Assembly (NCBI RefSeq): GCF_009914755.1
Contig: NC_060926.1
From: the human T2T-CHM13v2.0 reference genome, Homo sapiens
Direction: 5' to 3' (one strand)
Length of the DNA: 64,000 bases
In this document: in pieces, positions 13,975 to 25,966 of the stretch
Layout of the letters: every line of letters begins with the position of its first letter
Position numbering within the stretch: the first letter of the stretch is position 1
Translations under genes and position numbers: made by a program
Notes under the pieces: model-generated
What the model saw: only the letters and a program-made list of their open reading frames with translations
Told to the model about the DNA's origin: nothing
Databases searched by the model: none

Positions 13975-14716
13975 TACTATGAATATTCTTGAGCTTAATT
14001 CCGTAGTGTAATTAAGGCTCTTGGCAAGAATTTGATCCATTTGGGACTTGATTTTAGGATTTGATAGGTTGAACCTGAGAAGCATTTAGTTTAGGTCTAG
14101 TTATTTTCCATTACTTAAGCAAGATCCTTCTGAATACTGTAACCAATGCCTTGGGAATGATAAGGTTTTCCAGGCCAGACAGTGGGAACAGGTATTGTGA
14201 CCTTTGAAATGTTTTTATCCCCAGCCTTGTGGATAATGACAATGATAATGCAAAGTGTAGAAAGAAAGAATTGGAAATATATTGTTGTAAGGTCCTTGTG
14301 GTAGACTTAAAGTGGTATAAAAAAATTAAAGGTAGACTTTAATTAAGAATATGTATTGGAAGCCCTGGACTAACCAATATAAATATATAATGGTATAATT
14401 AATAAGTCAATAAAAGAGATAAAATGGAATAATAAAAAATGTTAACTCAGGAGAAGACAGAAGAAGAAAAATAAATATAAAACAGATGGAACACATAGAA
14501 AACAGCAAGATGGTAGATATTAATCCAACCATATTAATACTCAAATTAAATGTAAGTGATAAAAACACGCCAGGTAAAAGACTGAGATCGTCAGATTGGA
14601 TAAAAATGCAAGATCTAAATATATAGCGTCTGTAAGAAACCCTCTTGAAATATAAAACTGTAGACAGTTTAAAGGTAAGAAGGTGGAGAAAGATGTATCA
14701 TGCAAATACTAATCAC

Positions 14717-15105
<389 letters not shown>

Positions 15106-16197
15106 CTAGAAAAAGGAGTAAAACAAGCTCAAAGCAAGGAGTGGGAAAGAAATTTATAAGATCGGAGCAAAAATCAATAGAATTGATTGCAGAAAGCAGT
15201 AGAGAATATTAATGAAGCTAAAATCTGATTATTAAAAAATCAAGAAAAATGAGAGGAGACTAATTACCAGTTTCATGAATAGAAGAGGGACATCACTACT
15301 GATTACACATACTTTAGAAGGGTAATAAGAGGATACTACAAACAAATTTATGCCCATAAATTTAACATCTTAGATAAAATGGACCAACATTTGGAAAGCC
15401 AAACTACTAAAACCCACAGAAGAAGTAAGTAACCTGAGTAATCCCATTTCTATGAAAGCAATTGAATTTATTTTAAAAATGTTTAATAATTTAAAATATG
15501 CTAGCTATTGTTCTTCTTAATGATGATGAAGAGGAAGCATCACACAATAATGATACTGATGATGGCAGTTGTGTTGGTGGGTGATGATGGTGATGGTGGA
15601 GCAAGTGGTGATGGTGCACATGCAAAAGAATGAAATTAGACCCTTATCTTATACCACATAAAAACATCAACTCAAAATGAATCAAAGACCTAAATGAAAG
15701 TTAAAGCCCTTAGAAGAAAACATAGGGGAAAGCTTTATCACATTGGATTTGGCAATGATTTCTTGCATATAGCACCAAAAAATAGGCAACAAAAGCAACA
15801 AAAGAAAAAATGGATACATTGGACTACATCAAAATTTAAAACTTCTGTACCTCAAATGACACTATTAATAGTATGTTAAGGTAACTCAGGGAATGGGAGG
15901 AAATAGGTGAAAGTCATATAAGGGGTTGACATCTAGAATATATATAGAACTCCTGTAACTCAACAACAAAAAAGCAAATAGCCCAGTTAAAAAATGGTCA
16001 AATGACTTGAGTAGACATTTCTCCAAATAATATATACTAATAGCCAATAAGCACATGAAAGGGTGCTCAACATCCCTAATAATTAGGAAAGCGTAAATCA
16101 AAACCACAATGATATACTGCTATTTCACACCCATTAAGATGGTTGCTATTAGAAAAAAATAGAAAATAACAAGTGTTGATGAGAATGTGGAGGAATT

Positions 16198-16494
16198 GGG
16201 TGGGGCGTGATGGCTTATGCCTGTAATCCCAGCACTTTCGGAGGCCGAGGTGGGCGGACCACCTGAGGTCAGGAGTTTGAGACCAGCTTGGTCACCATGG
16301 TGAAACCCTGTCTCTACTAAAAATACAAAAGTTAGCCAGGCATGGTGGCGTGCACCTGTAATCCCAGCTACTCAGGAAGCTGAGGCAGGAGAATCACTTG
16401 AACCTGAGAGGCAGAGGTTGAAGTGAGCTGAGATCACGCCACTTCACTCCAGCCTGGGCGACAAGAGTGAAACTCCGTCTAAAAAAAAAAAAAA
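16198..16494 (+). mobile_element. Alu (Sq/Sx-like), full length
   Basis: Consensus match; agaatgtggag duplication on both flanks. Confidence 0.95.
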
Positions 16495-17452
16495 GAATGT
16501 GGAGAAACTGGAACCCTTGTGCACTGTTGGTGGGAATGTAAAATGGTGCAACCACTGTGGAAAACGGTATGGTTGTTCCTCAAAAACTTAAACATAGAAT
16601 TATCCATATGATCCAGGAGTTCCACCTCTGGGTATATTCACAAAGAATTGAAAGCAGAGACTTGAAAAGCTATTTGAACACCCATGTTCATAGCAGCATT
16701 ATTCACAATACCCAAAAGGTGATGGCAACCCAAGTGTCCATCGACAGATGAACGAATAAAGAAAATGTGGTACACACACCACACAGCCTTAAAAGGAATG
16801 AAGTTCTGATACATGCTACAACATGGATGAATCTTGAAAGTAAACTCAGTTAAGTGAAATAAACTAATAACAAAAAAAAAAAAATACCGTGTAATTCCAC
16901 GTATATGAGGCGCCTAAAGCAGTCAAATTCATAGAGATGGAAAGTAAAATGGTGGTTGCCAGGGGCCGCTGGGGAGAGGGGAGTGAGGAGTTATTGTTTT
17001 GTAGGTACAAAATTTCTGTTCTGCAAAACGAGAAGAGTTCTGGAGATGGATGGTGGTGATGGTTGCCCAACAATGTGAATGTCCTTAATGCCACTGAACT
17101 GTACACTTAAAAATGGTTAAAATGGTAATTTTTATATTATGTATATCTTACCACATTTAATAATAACAATTTAAAGATATATCAAAAGAGGCAAATGTGC
17201 AGACATCTATCGAATAAATAAGTTATCAAAAACAGCAAAAAGGGACAGATAATAATAATAAAAAAAGATAGTTTCTGTTTTTGAGGAGCCCACGAAAGCC
17301 ACACATCACTGAGAAAGCCAAGGAGAGCTGGGGCTTTCTCAGGGGTAGCCCTGGTGCAGCTCCCTTGCCTCGTCTAGTCCTGCTTTAGATGCTCGCTACT
17401 CGGGTGAGGGCTGCAGATCCTTGTGGAAAGAGACAGAAAAAGAGGAAGAGAG

Positions 17453-17614
17453 CTTGAATCGGAGGCCGTGCCTCTCAGCGTGGCCTCCCGATCCTTGAAT
17501 CGGAGGCCGTGCCTCTCAGCCTGGCCTCCTGATCCTTGAATCGGAGGCCGTGCCTCTCAGCGTGGCCTCCCGATCCTTGAATCGGAGGCCGTGCCTCTCA
17601 TCGTGGCCTCCCGA
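17453..17614. repeat. 41-bp CpG-rich minisatellite, 4 units
   Basis: cttgaatcggaggccgtgcctctcagcgtggcctcccgatc starting at 17453, 17494, 17535, 17576. Confidence 0.97.
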
Positions 17615-17628
17615 CCTAGCCTGGTGGA

Positions 17629-17647
17629 GAGCGCCCCCTGCCGGTAG
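17629..17647 (-). promoter_or_regulatory. Candidate CTCF binding site
   Basis: Minus strand CTACCGGCAGGGGGCGCTC closely matches CTCF core CCxxxAGGGGGCGC. Confidence 0.65.
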
Positions 17648-17934
17648 ATCCTGGCCCGGCACACTGAGAGCGGCAGGCCCCGCCGGAGGGGCCAGCGCAG
17701 GACCGGGGAGAATGGAGCTCGGCCAGTGCCTAGCCCTGGGTTTATTTCCAGTTTCCTGCTGGAGAGCAATGGTCAAACTACACAGTCCGGCGGAGGCGAG
17801 TCCGCAGGCTCTGGAAGCCTCTGAGGCACAGACGAGGAAAGCGCCTGAATGTGGATCTGGGGTACAGAAGTTGCCGGTGGCTCTGGCCCTGTTCATGGGA
17901 CTCAGTCAGCAGAAACTGTGGGTGTGACACACAC

Positions 17935-18018
17935 CAGAGCCTCACCTGCCCTGTGGACTGCCCACACTCTCTCTCAGAGCCTCACCTGCCCTGTGGACTG
18001 CCCACGCGCTCTCTCAGA
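17935..18018. repeat. 40-bp tandem duplication
   Basis: cagagcctcacctgccctgtggactgcccac... at 17935 and 17975. Confidence 0.92.
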
Positions 18019-18477
18019 TCCCGGCCTGTGCACCTGGCCCTTCCCCAGCCTCCCAGGCAGAGGGTGCCACGGGGCTGAGGGCAGGCAACAAAGCCACTGG
18101 CCTCTGGCTCAGCACCCAGCTGCAGCCCTGTGGATCCTGGCCCACAGCCTCCCCATGACTTCACTGGCATCCAGGGTTTCTCGAAAGCGCTATGAGCCAA
18201 GTGGTACCCTTCCCCTCTGATGTGGCTGGGTTGGAGAGGGAGTCCTGGATGCAGCTGGAGGTCCCCTTCTGCTCACGGCTCCCTGGAGGCTGTGTCTGTG
18301 CATGCACACCATCACTCCTACTCCAGGAAGGACTTTCACGGATGTCCTCAGCTACCAAAAGTCACTCCAGGGAGTGATAAATTCCGTCCAACCCAAAGTG
18401 TGCCACACTCTGCTATGGGGCACTCCTTTGTCTCTGCACCAACTCTGTTGGTTTCTATTATCTTCTCTCCCTCTCTC

Positions 18478-18775
18478 CTTTTTTTTTTTTTTGAGACAGA
18501 GTCTTGCTCTGTTGCCCAGGATGAAGTGCAGTGACATGATCTCAGGTCACTGCAACTTTCACCTCCTGGGATTCAAGTGATTCTCGTGCCTCAGCCTCCC
18601 AAGTAGCTGGGATTACAGGTGTGCACCACTATGCCCAACTAGTTTTTGTATTTTTAGTAGAGACGGGGTTTCTTCATGTTTGCCAGGCTGGTCTTGAACT
18701 CCTGGCCTCAAGTGTTCTGCCCGCCTCTACCTCCCAAGGTACTGGGATTACAGGTGCGAGCCACTGCACCTGGCT
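18478..18775 (-). mobile_element. Alu (S-type)
   Basis: Antisense Alu; tggtttctattatcttct duplicated on both sides. Confidence 0.94.
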
Positions 18776-18929
18776 GGTTTCTATTATCTTCTTAGAAAGC
18801 CTGTTGGTCCTTTGTGCAGACTCCTTCATTCCCCCAGCCTCGAGCTCTGCCTTCTATTCCAAATGTGTGAATTTATAAGCATTACACAGCTTATTTTTCA
18901 TATTGGGGAATGGGTGTGAATTAGTATGA

Positions 18930-19140
18930 AGTCAAGCTGCAAGAGTACCAATACCAGGTCCATCTCTTACTAGTTTTGTGACCTTAGGTGACTTAGCCTC
19001 TCTAATTTTCGTTTTGTCTTATCAGTTAAATGGGAATAAGCATAGCACTTACCTTAGAGGACTGATGTGGGAATGAGGCAACATAATAGCTATATTGCTT
19101 TTATCACTGTACCTGACAGAGTGAATGTGTAACAAACGTT
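18930..19140. mobile_element. MIR
   Basis: MIR core-like tcttactagttttgtgaccttagg...cttagcctctct...gttaaatgggaataa. Confidence 0.6.
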
Positions 19141-19342
19141 AACCTTTCTTGTCAGCAAATTTAAAACCTCACAGCATATTCTGCACTCATTACGCCAGTC
19201 TGTTGGAGCTGAGTCCATGCCTTTTTCTCTCTGCGTTGGGAAAGCCATGCTAGCTACATGCATTTTTGGTCATGAACCAGTCTTAGATTTAAGTCAATGT
19301 AAATTTGGCCTTTGCCGTGTTCTTAATGTCTTCTTTACATAC

Positions 19343-19394
19343 CTAGGAAAAGTGAAGGAGAGGTGAGAAAGACAGAGTGGGGAGGAACCCGTGT
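19343..19394 (-). other. IL36B: IL36B non-coding 5'UTR exon
   Basis: Minus strand cacgggttcctccccactctgtctttctcacctctccttcacttttcctag matches my recall of the IL36B (IL1F8) mRNA 5' end; followed by GTATGT donor. Confidence 0.75.
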
Positions 19395-19450
19395 CTGTGG
19401 GTTTGTGCTAGATGCCAACCTGGCTCTTCACATCCTCTGTCTCATCCAGT

Positions 19451-19742
19451 CAAGCAGCCACACTGAGTCCCCCAGCATGAGAACAGCTTCCACAGAGCAG
19501 GAGATTCTGGGTCTGAAATGAGGAGAGAGCTCCAGTCCCACCAGTGCCCTAGAGCATACCTCAGAATGCTCCTTTCTCCTGGTGGGATCCGTGGAGTCTG
19601 CCTGCTCTTCCAAGGATGCCTCAGCCTTTTAAGTAAGGCCTAGGGAGGGGCCCTGAAACTACCAGGACCTGAGGAGAAGCAGGATTCTCAGCGTGATTTC
19701 ACACCACCCTAAGCCGCCGGGAATACTTGCTGCTCATTATCT
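19451..19742 (-). promoter_or_regulatory. IL36B-side copy of duplicated promoter/first-exon module
   Basis: Reverse complement aligns to 25587-25875 with ~31 mismatches and one 3-nt gap (hand count); TTAAAA at 19632-19627; donor GAG|GTATGC at 19559. Confidence 0.9.
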
Positions 19743-20160
19743 CTCTATTGGAGTCTCATGGAACACATTGTGGGAAGTGCTATAGAATTCTAGGGACATA
19801 GTGGGCACCAAGTGAATATCAGTTACTTTAATTATTACTAAATTTATCTCCCTAACAGGAATTTACTATCTTACCATAATAAACTCTGCTTACATACTCA
19901 TATAGGTGAATACACCTGCCCTAAGTCATCTCTACAGCAAGAGCAGAGGCCACATCTACCTCCAGGGTTATTGCCATTCTCACAAAGGTGAGGATAAGTC
20001 ACCACGGGGAACATTGCTTCTCTGCAGGCTGTGACACTTTCCAGGGCATATAAAGCCCATGAAGAACTGAGATGTTTGCTGAGAAGAGAGCATACCCACC
20101 GAAGACAGTGGAAAATGAAAAAACAACAGGAGTAGAAACTTCCCAATAGTGATGTCAAAC

Positions 20161-20626
20161 TGTATTAGTTACTAATTGCTGTGTAACAGCAAACCTAGCG
20201 ACCTAAAACAAACAAAAAAATTATTTAACAAAGACAGAGTCGGGAATAAGAAAACTGGCTTGGCTGGAGGGTTCGGCTCAGGGTGTCTGATTAGGTTGTA
20301 GGAAAGATGTCAGCCAAGGTTTCAGTCATCTGAAGGCTTGACTGGGACCGAAGGATCTGTTTGTAAGATTGCTCACTCAGACCATTGGCAGGAAACCACA
20401 GTTTCTCACCATGTGGGCTTCTATATAGGGGTGCTTGAATATCCTTATTAGATGGCAGCTGGCTTCATCCAGGTGAGTGTTCTAAGAGCAAGGAGGAAAC
20501 TGCAATGCCTTTTATGACCTGGTCTCAGAAGTGACATGCTGCCATGTTCACCATGTAACATACTCATTAGAAAAAAGTCACTAAGTCCAGTCCATACTCA
20601 AGAGAAGGGCAGTTAAACTTCCTCTC
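20161..20626 (-). mobile_element. MLT1 (MaLR) LTR split by THE1 insertion; remainder at ~23387-23442
   Basis: tgtattagttactaattgctgtgtaaca terminus; tcatctgaaggcttgactggg core; resumes ...aagaatttatggacatattttaaaacagccaca after THE1. Confidence 0.75.
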
Positions 20627-23386
20627 TGTATCAGTCTGTTCTCACACTGCTAATAAAGACATACCTGAGACTGAGTAATGTGTAAAGGAAAGAGATTGAA
20701 TTGACTCACAGTTCCACATGGCTGAGGTGGCATCACAATCATGATGGAAGATGAAGGAAGAGCAAAGTCACATCTTACATGGCAGGAGGGAAGAGAGCTT
20801 GTGTAGGGGAATGCCCCTTTATAAAACCATCAGGTCTCATGAGACTTATTCACTAGAATGAGAATAGCACAGGAAAGACCTGCCCTGATGATTCAGTTAC
20901 CTCCCACTGGGTCCCTTCCATGACATATGGGAATTATGGGAGCAACAGCTCAAGATGAGCTTTGGGTGGGGACACAGCCAAACTATATCATTCCACCCCT
21001 GGCTCCTCGCAAATCACATGTCCTCACATTTCAAAACCAATCATGCCTTCCCAACAGTCCCCCAGGGTCTTAACGCATTTCAGCATTAACTCAAAATTCC
21101 ACAGTCCAAAGTCTCATCTGAGACAAGGCAAGTCTCTTCTGCCTATGAGCTGTAAAATCAAAAGCAAGTTAGTTACTTCCTAAATACAATAGGAGTACAG
21201 GCATTTGGTAAGTACAGCTATTCCAAATGGGAGAAATTGGCCAAAACAAAGGGGCTACAGGCCCCATGCAAGTTCAAAATCCAGCGGGGCAGTCAAATCT
21301 TAACGCTTCAAAATTACCTCCTTTGAGTCTCTGTCTCACATCCAGGTCATGCTTATGCAAGAGGTGGGTTCCCATAGTCTTTGGCAGCTCCACTCCTGTG
21401 ACTTTGCAGGGTACAACCCTCCTCCTGGCTGCTTTCATGGGCTGACACTGTCTGTGGCTTTTCCAGGCACACAGCATAAGCTGTTGGTGGATCTACCATT
21501 CTGGGATCTGGAGGACAGTGGCCCTCTTCTCACAGTTCCACTAGACAATGCCCCAGTGGGGACATTGTGTGGGGGCTCCCACCCCACATTTCCCTTCTGC
21601 ACTGCCCTAGCAGAGGTTCTCCATGAGGGCTATGCCCATGCAGCACACCTCTGCTTGGACATTTAGACATTTCCAAACATCCTATGAAATCTAGGCGGAG
21701 GCTCCCAAACCTCAGTTCTTCACTTTTGTGCACCCACAGGCTCAACACCACATGGAAGCTGCCAAGGGTTGGGATTTACACCCTCTAAAGCCATGACCCA
21801 AGCTGTACCTTTGCCCTCTTTAGCCAAAGCTGGAGTGGCTGGGATGCAAGTCATCCCAAGTCCTGAGACTACACAAAGCTGCCAGGCCCTGGGTCTGGCC
21901 CATGAAACCATTTTTTCCTCCTGGACCTCCAGGTCTGTGATGGGAGGGGCTTCTGTGAAGACCTCTGATATGCCCTGGAGACACTTTCCCCATTTTCTTG
22001 GTGAAAAACATTTGGCTCCTCTTTCCTTATGCAAATTTCTGCAGCCAGCTCGAATTTCTCTTTAGAAAATAGGTTTTTCTTATCTCATCTTCATGCTGCA
22101 TGTTTTCCAAACTTTTATGCTCTGCTTCCCTTTTAAATGTAGGTTCCAATTCCAAACCATATATTTGTGAATACATAAAACTGAATGTTATCAGCACCCA
22201 AATCACCTCTTGAATACTTTGCTGCTTAGAAATTTCTTTTGCCAGATGCCCTAAATCATCTCTTTCAAGTTCAAAGTTCCACAGATTTCTAGGTCAGGGG
22301 CAAAATGCTGCCAGTCTCTTTGCTAAAGCATAACAAGAGTCACCTTTGCTTCAGTTCCCAACAAGTTCCTCATCTCCATCTGAGACCACCTCAGCCTGGA
22401 CCTTATTGTCCATATCACTATCAGCATTTTGGTCAAAGCTATTCAGTGAGTCTCCAGGAAGTTCCAAACTTTCCCACATCCTCCTATCTTCTTCTGAGCC
22501 CTCCAAACTGTTCCAACCTCTGCCTTTTACCCAGTTCCAAATTGCTGGGTAACAGGCAAAGTGTTAAAGTGCTGAAATGCCAATAGTGATGTCAAGGTGT
22601 GTTAGTTACCAATTGTTGTGTAACAAAGTATCAGCAAAGTTAGCAGCTTAAAACAAGAAAAAATTATTATTTAACAAAGGCTGAGAGTCAGGAATGAGAA
22701 AACTGGCTTGGCTGGAGGGTTTGGCTCAGGGTGTCTCATTAGGTTACAGGAAAGATGTCAGCCAGGGTTGCAGTCATCTGAAGGCTTGACTGGGGCTAGA
22801 GGATCTGCTTCTAAGATTGTGCATTCACAGACTGTTGGCAGGAAAAAATAGTTTCTCACCACGTGGGCCTCTCCATAGGGCTGCTTGAGTGTCCTTATCA
22901 CATAGTGGCTGGCTTTGTCCAGGTGAGTGATCTAAGAGCTAGGAGGAAATTGCAATGCCTTTTATGATGCTGCCATGTTCATCATGTAACATAGCGCCCC
23001 ACTCCCAGTATCAATTTACTATATCAGTCTGTTCTCATGCTGCTAATAACAACATAACCAAGACTGTGTAATTTATAAAGGAAAGAGGTTGAATTGACTT
23101 AGAGTTCCACATGGCTGGGGAGGCCTCACAATCATGGTGGAAGATGATGAAAGAAGAGCAAAGTCATGTCTTACATAGTGGCAGGCAGGAGAGCTTGTGT
23201 GGGGAAATTCCCCTGTATAAAACCATCAGATCTTGTGAGACTTATTCACTATCATGAGACCAGCACAAGAAAGACCTGCCCCCATGATTCAATTACCTCC
23301 CACTGGGTTCCTTCCATGACACGTGGGAATTATAGAAGCTACAATTCAAGATGAAATTTGGGTGGGAACAGAGCCAAACCATATCA
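20627..23386 (-). mobile_element. THE1(B-like) MaLR element with both LTRs (20627-20990, 23020-23386) and internal region
   Basis: Two ~365-bp direct repeats t(g/a)tatcagtctgttctca...gccaaac(t/c)atatca flanking THE1-int sequence (ttccacccctggc...acccagttccaa). Confidence 0.92.
22580..22993. repeat. Direct duplicate of 20143-20562 lying inside THE1 internal region
   Basis: Both copies run from ccaatagtgatgtcaa to tgccatgttca(c/t)catgtaacata, colinear. Confidence 0.9.
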
Positions 23387-23877
23387 CCTTCTTAAAGATG
23401 AAGTTTCCAAGAATTTATGGACATATTTTAAAACAGCCACACATGGTTTGCGAATTGGCAGCATTGTCTTTAGGTAGTGCCAAAGTTTATTTTTCAGAAG
23501 TTCAAAACTTGACTCTCATACACACATATAGTGAGCATGTGTCAAAGATTTACTATTTTTCATAAGTGAGGGAATCAGCAAGATTATAAAGCTGATTATC
23601 AAAAGATAATTCAGGGAATGGAGGCTTATACCGTCAGTCAAGAAATAAAGGCTGAAATAGGTTGGCTAAGTTACGTTTTTAAAGACAGCTTTATGACTTG
23701 TGAGGCAATAAAACTGCACCCTTTGGAGTTATCTTTTCTATCAGACAGGAATAATGTGTAATTTATCAATGTTCTCTTAGTTCATGGCTAATTTCACAGA
23801 GTCTGAGACCTAATTAGTAAGTCAAGCAAAGGGATAGGTCCAGAGAGAACTTATTGTTGGTGAGGCCTGTTTGATAA

Positions 23878-24240
<363 letters not shown>

Positions 24241-24390
24241 TGAAAAGTGTCTATCATATTAGTGGCATTATGAAAATCGTAGATTATTTTCTGTGTTTTG
24301 AACAACTTGATATTTTATTTATTCTTGAACACTTGTAGGACCTCTTGGCTCATATGTCTGAATACCATTTCTTTAAAATGTACGCTTTAA

Positions 24391-24497
24391 CATGTATACA
24401 TATGTAACAAACCTGCACATTGTACACATGTATCCTAAAACTTAAAGTATAATAATAATAATAAAAGAAAAAAGAAAAATAAAACTTAAAAAAAAAA
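24391..24497 (+). mobile_element. Extremely 5'-truncated L1PA 3' end
   Basis: catgtatacatatgtaacaaacctgcacatt...aacttaaagtataat + A tail, flanked by tgta(c/t)gctttaaca duplication. Confidence 0.9.
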
Positions 24498-25169
24498 GTG
24501 TATGCTTTAACAATAAATTATTAATAAATAGTTATCTGTGTTATTCAAGATATAATTAAATTGTTTTTTGTGCACTGACCCTTACCTTTATTTCAGATCC
24601 ATCACAGAGAGTGCATGGAGGTATTTAAACTGCATTAACTGTTTCACAATTAAGTATTATCTTATCAATTAGGTATTCAAGAAAGATCACTTACAGAATT
24701 ATAGATGGCATGAGCTAGATTTTACTTTCTAAAGAAATAACCAGATACATGAGCAAAGATGTTAATACAAAGATGTTTGTCACAACATGGTTTTCAATAG
24801 CAAAAAAAGAGAGAAAAATATATAAAAGACAAATAACAGTGGATAGGTTTCAATAAATAATGTTACAGTGATACAGTTAAATACTATACAGCTATTGAAG
24901 CATGTCATTATTCATATTTAGTATGGAAAGATATTTTGCTATTTTGCTACATGAAAAAATGAGGTTGGAAAAAGTATAGGTTTTGTGAATCTGTTGTATG
25001 AAAGCTGTCTATAGTTACATGTGTATGTGTGTGGAGGAAAAAGTGTTGTCATTGGTTTTCTGATGATGCACTCAGAAAAGACAAGTATTCACATTTTTTC
25101 TTGTGGCTGATCTGGATTTTCAGGTTTTTCTACAATGAACATGTAGGCTGAACATTCCCTAAGCAGGAG

Positions 25170-25271
25170 AGTCCCACCTCTAACATCTCCTGTAGGCCTG
25201 GCAATGGCAGGCAGGAAAGACAGAGGAAGGAAGGAGGGAGAAGGGAAGGAGTGAAGGAAGGAGTGAAAAAG
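25170..25271 (+). other. IL36RN: IL36RN alternative upstream non-coding exon (start approximate)
   Basis: Strong donor AAG|GTAAGG at 25272; consistent with recalled second 5'UTR variant. Confidence 0.55.
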
Positions 25272-25430
25272 GTAAGGAAGAAAGGGAATAGGGGAGGAAG
25301 GGAGGAAATGGGAAGGGAAAGAAGGAAAGGAAGGAAAGAGGGAGGGAAGAAAGGAAGGGAAAAGGGAGGGAGTGAGTGAATGAAAGATGGAAAGAAGGAA
25401 GAAAGGGAGGGAGGCAGGGAGGAAAGAAAG
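25207..25430. repeat. GA-rich polypurine tract
   Basis: ggaa/gaag/ggga low-complexity sequence. Confidence 0.9.
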
Positions 25431-25586
25431 TTGCGCTTCCCTTGAGCTGCCATGGGCACTGACTCTTAGGGTCTGAAAGCCCCTGAGATGCAAAAGCCTA
25501 GTGCTCACAAAGAGCTGGAAAGCCTCAAGGAAGTTCTTCAATATTTCTGGAAGGAAACTGTCTCCAGAAGCTTCCCTCCCCACGAC

Positions 25587-25730
25587 AGATAATGAGCAGC
25601 AAGTGCTTCTGGCGACTTAGGGTGATGTGAAATCACGCTGGGAATCCTGCTCCTCCTCAGGTCCTGGCAGTTTCAGGGCCCCTCCCTAGGCCTTACTTAA
25701 AAGGCTGAGGCATCCTTGGAGGAACAGGCA
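25587..25730 (+). promoter_or_regulatory. IL36RN: IL36RN proximal promoter
   Basis: TATA-like TTAAAA 25697-25702; kB-like GGGAATCC ~25640; C/EBP-like TGTGAAAT ~25626; region conserved in inverted copy. Confidence 0.6.
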
Positions 25731-25769
25731 GACTCCACAGCTCCCGCCAGGAGAAAGGAACATTCTGAG
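25636..25769 (+). other. IL36RN: IL36RN non-coding exon 1 (start uncertain; main TSS likely ~25730)
   Basis: Donor CTGAG|GTATGC at 25770; acceptor ATAG|G at 25939 gives a 170-nt intron; matches recalled mRNA leader. Confidence 0.75.
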
Positions 25770-25966
25770 GTATGCTCTGGGGCGCTGGTGGTACCGGAGC
25801 TCTCTCCTGACCCCAGACCCAGAATCTGCTCCGTGGAGGCTGTTCACATGCTGGGGAGCTCGGTGCAGCTGCTTGCTCCCCAGACCCCAGGCCACTCAGC
25901 CTCTCTCTCCATGATTTTCTGTTGTTTATTCCAAAATAGGGGAGTCTACACCCTGTGGAGCTCAAG

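Larger units (their letters stand above)
8862..14230 (-). mobile_element. Nested ancient L1 (L1MC/MD-type) fragments
   Basis: T-rich strand; L1M 3' end aactttattgaggaataa...atacaatttgataagttttgacatatgt and antisense ORF2 motifs; interrupted by Alus and a Tigger MITE. Confidence 0.8.
17450..18020. promoter_or_regulatory. Small intronic CpG-rich island
   Basis: Visibly high GC and CpG density compared with AT-rich L1 flanks. Confidence 0.6.

Noticed and set aside
17453-17614. Palindromic 41-bp repeats as a CRISPR-like array
   Set aside because: No unique spacers, contiguous units, no cas genes, mammalian genome
17516-18580. Cluster of overlapping 60-126 aa ORFs
   Set aside because: Expected from GC-rich, stop-poor sequence; no recognisable domain or splice structure
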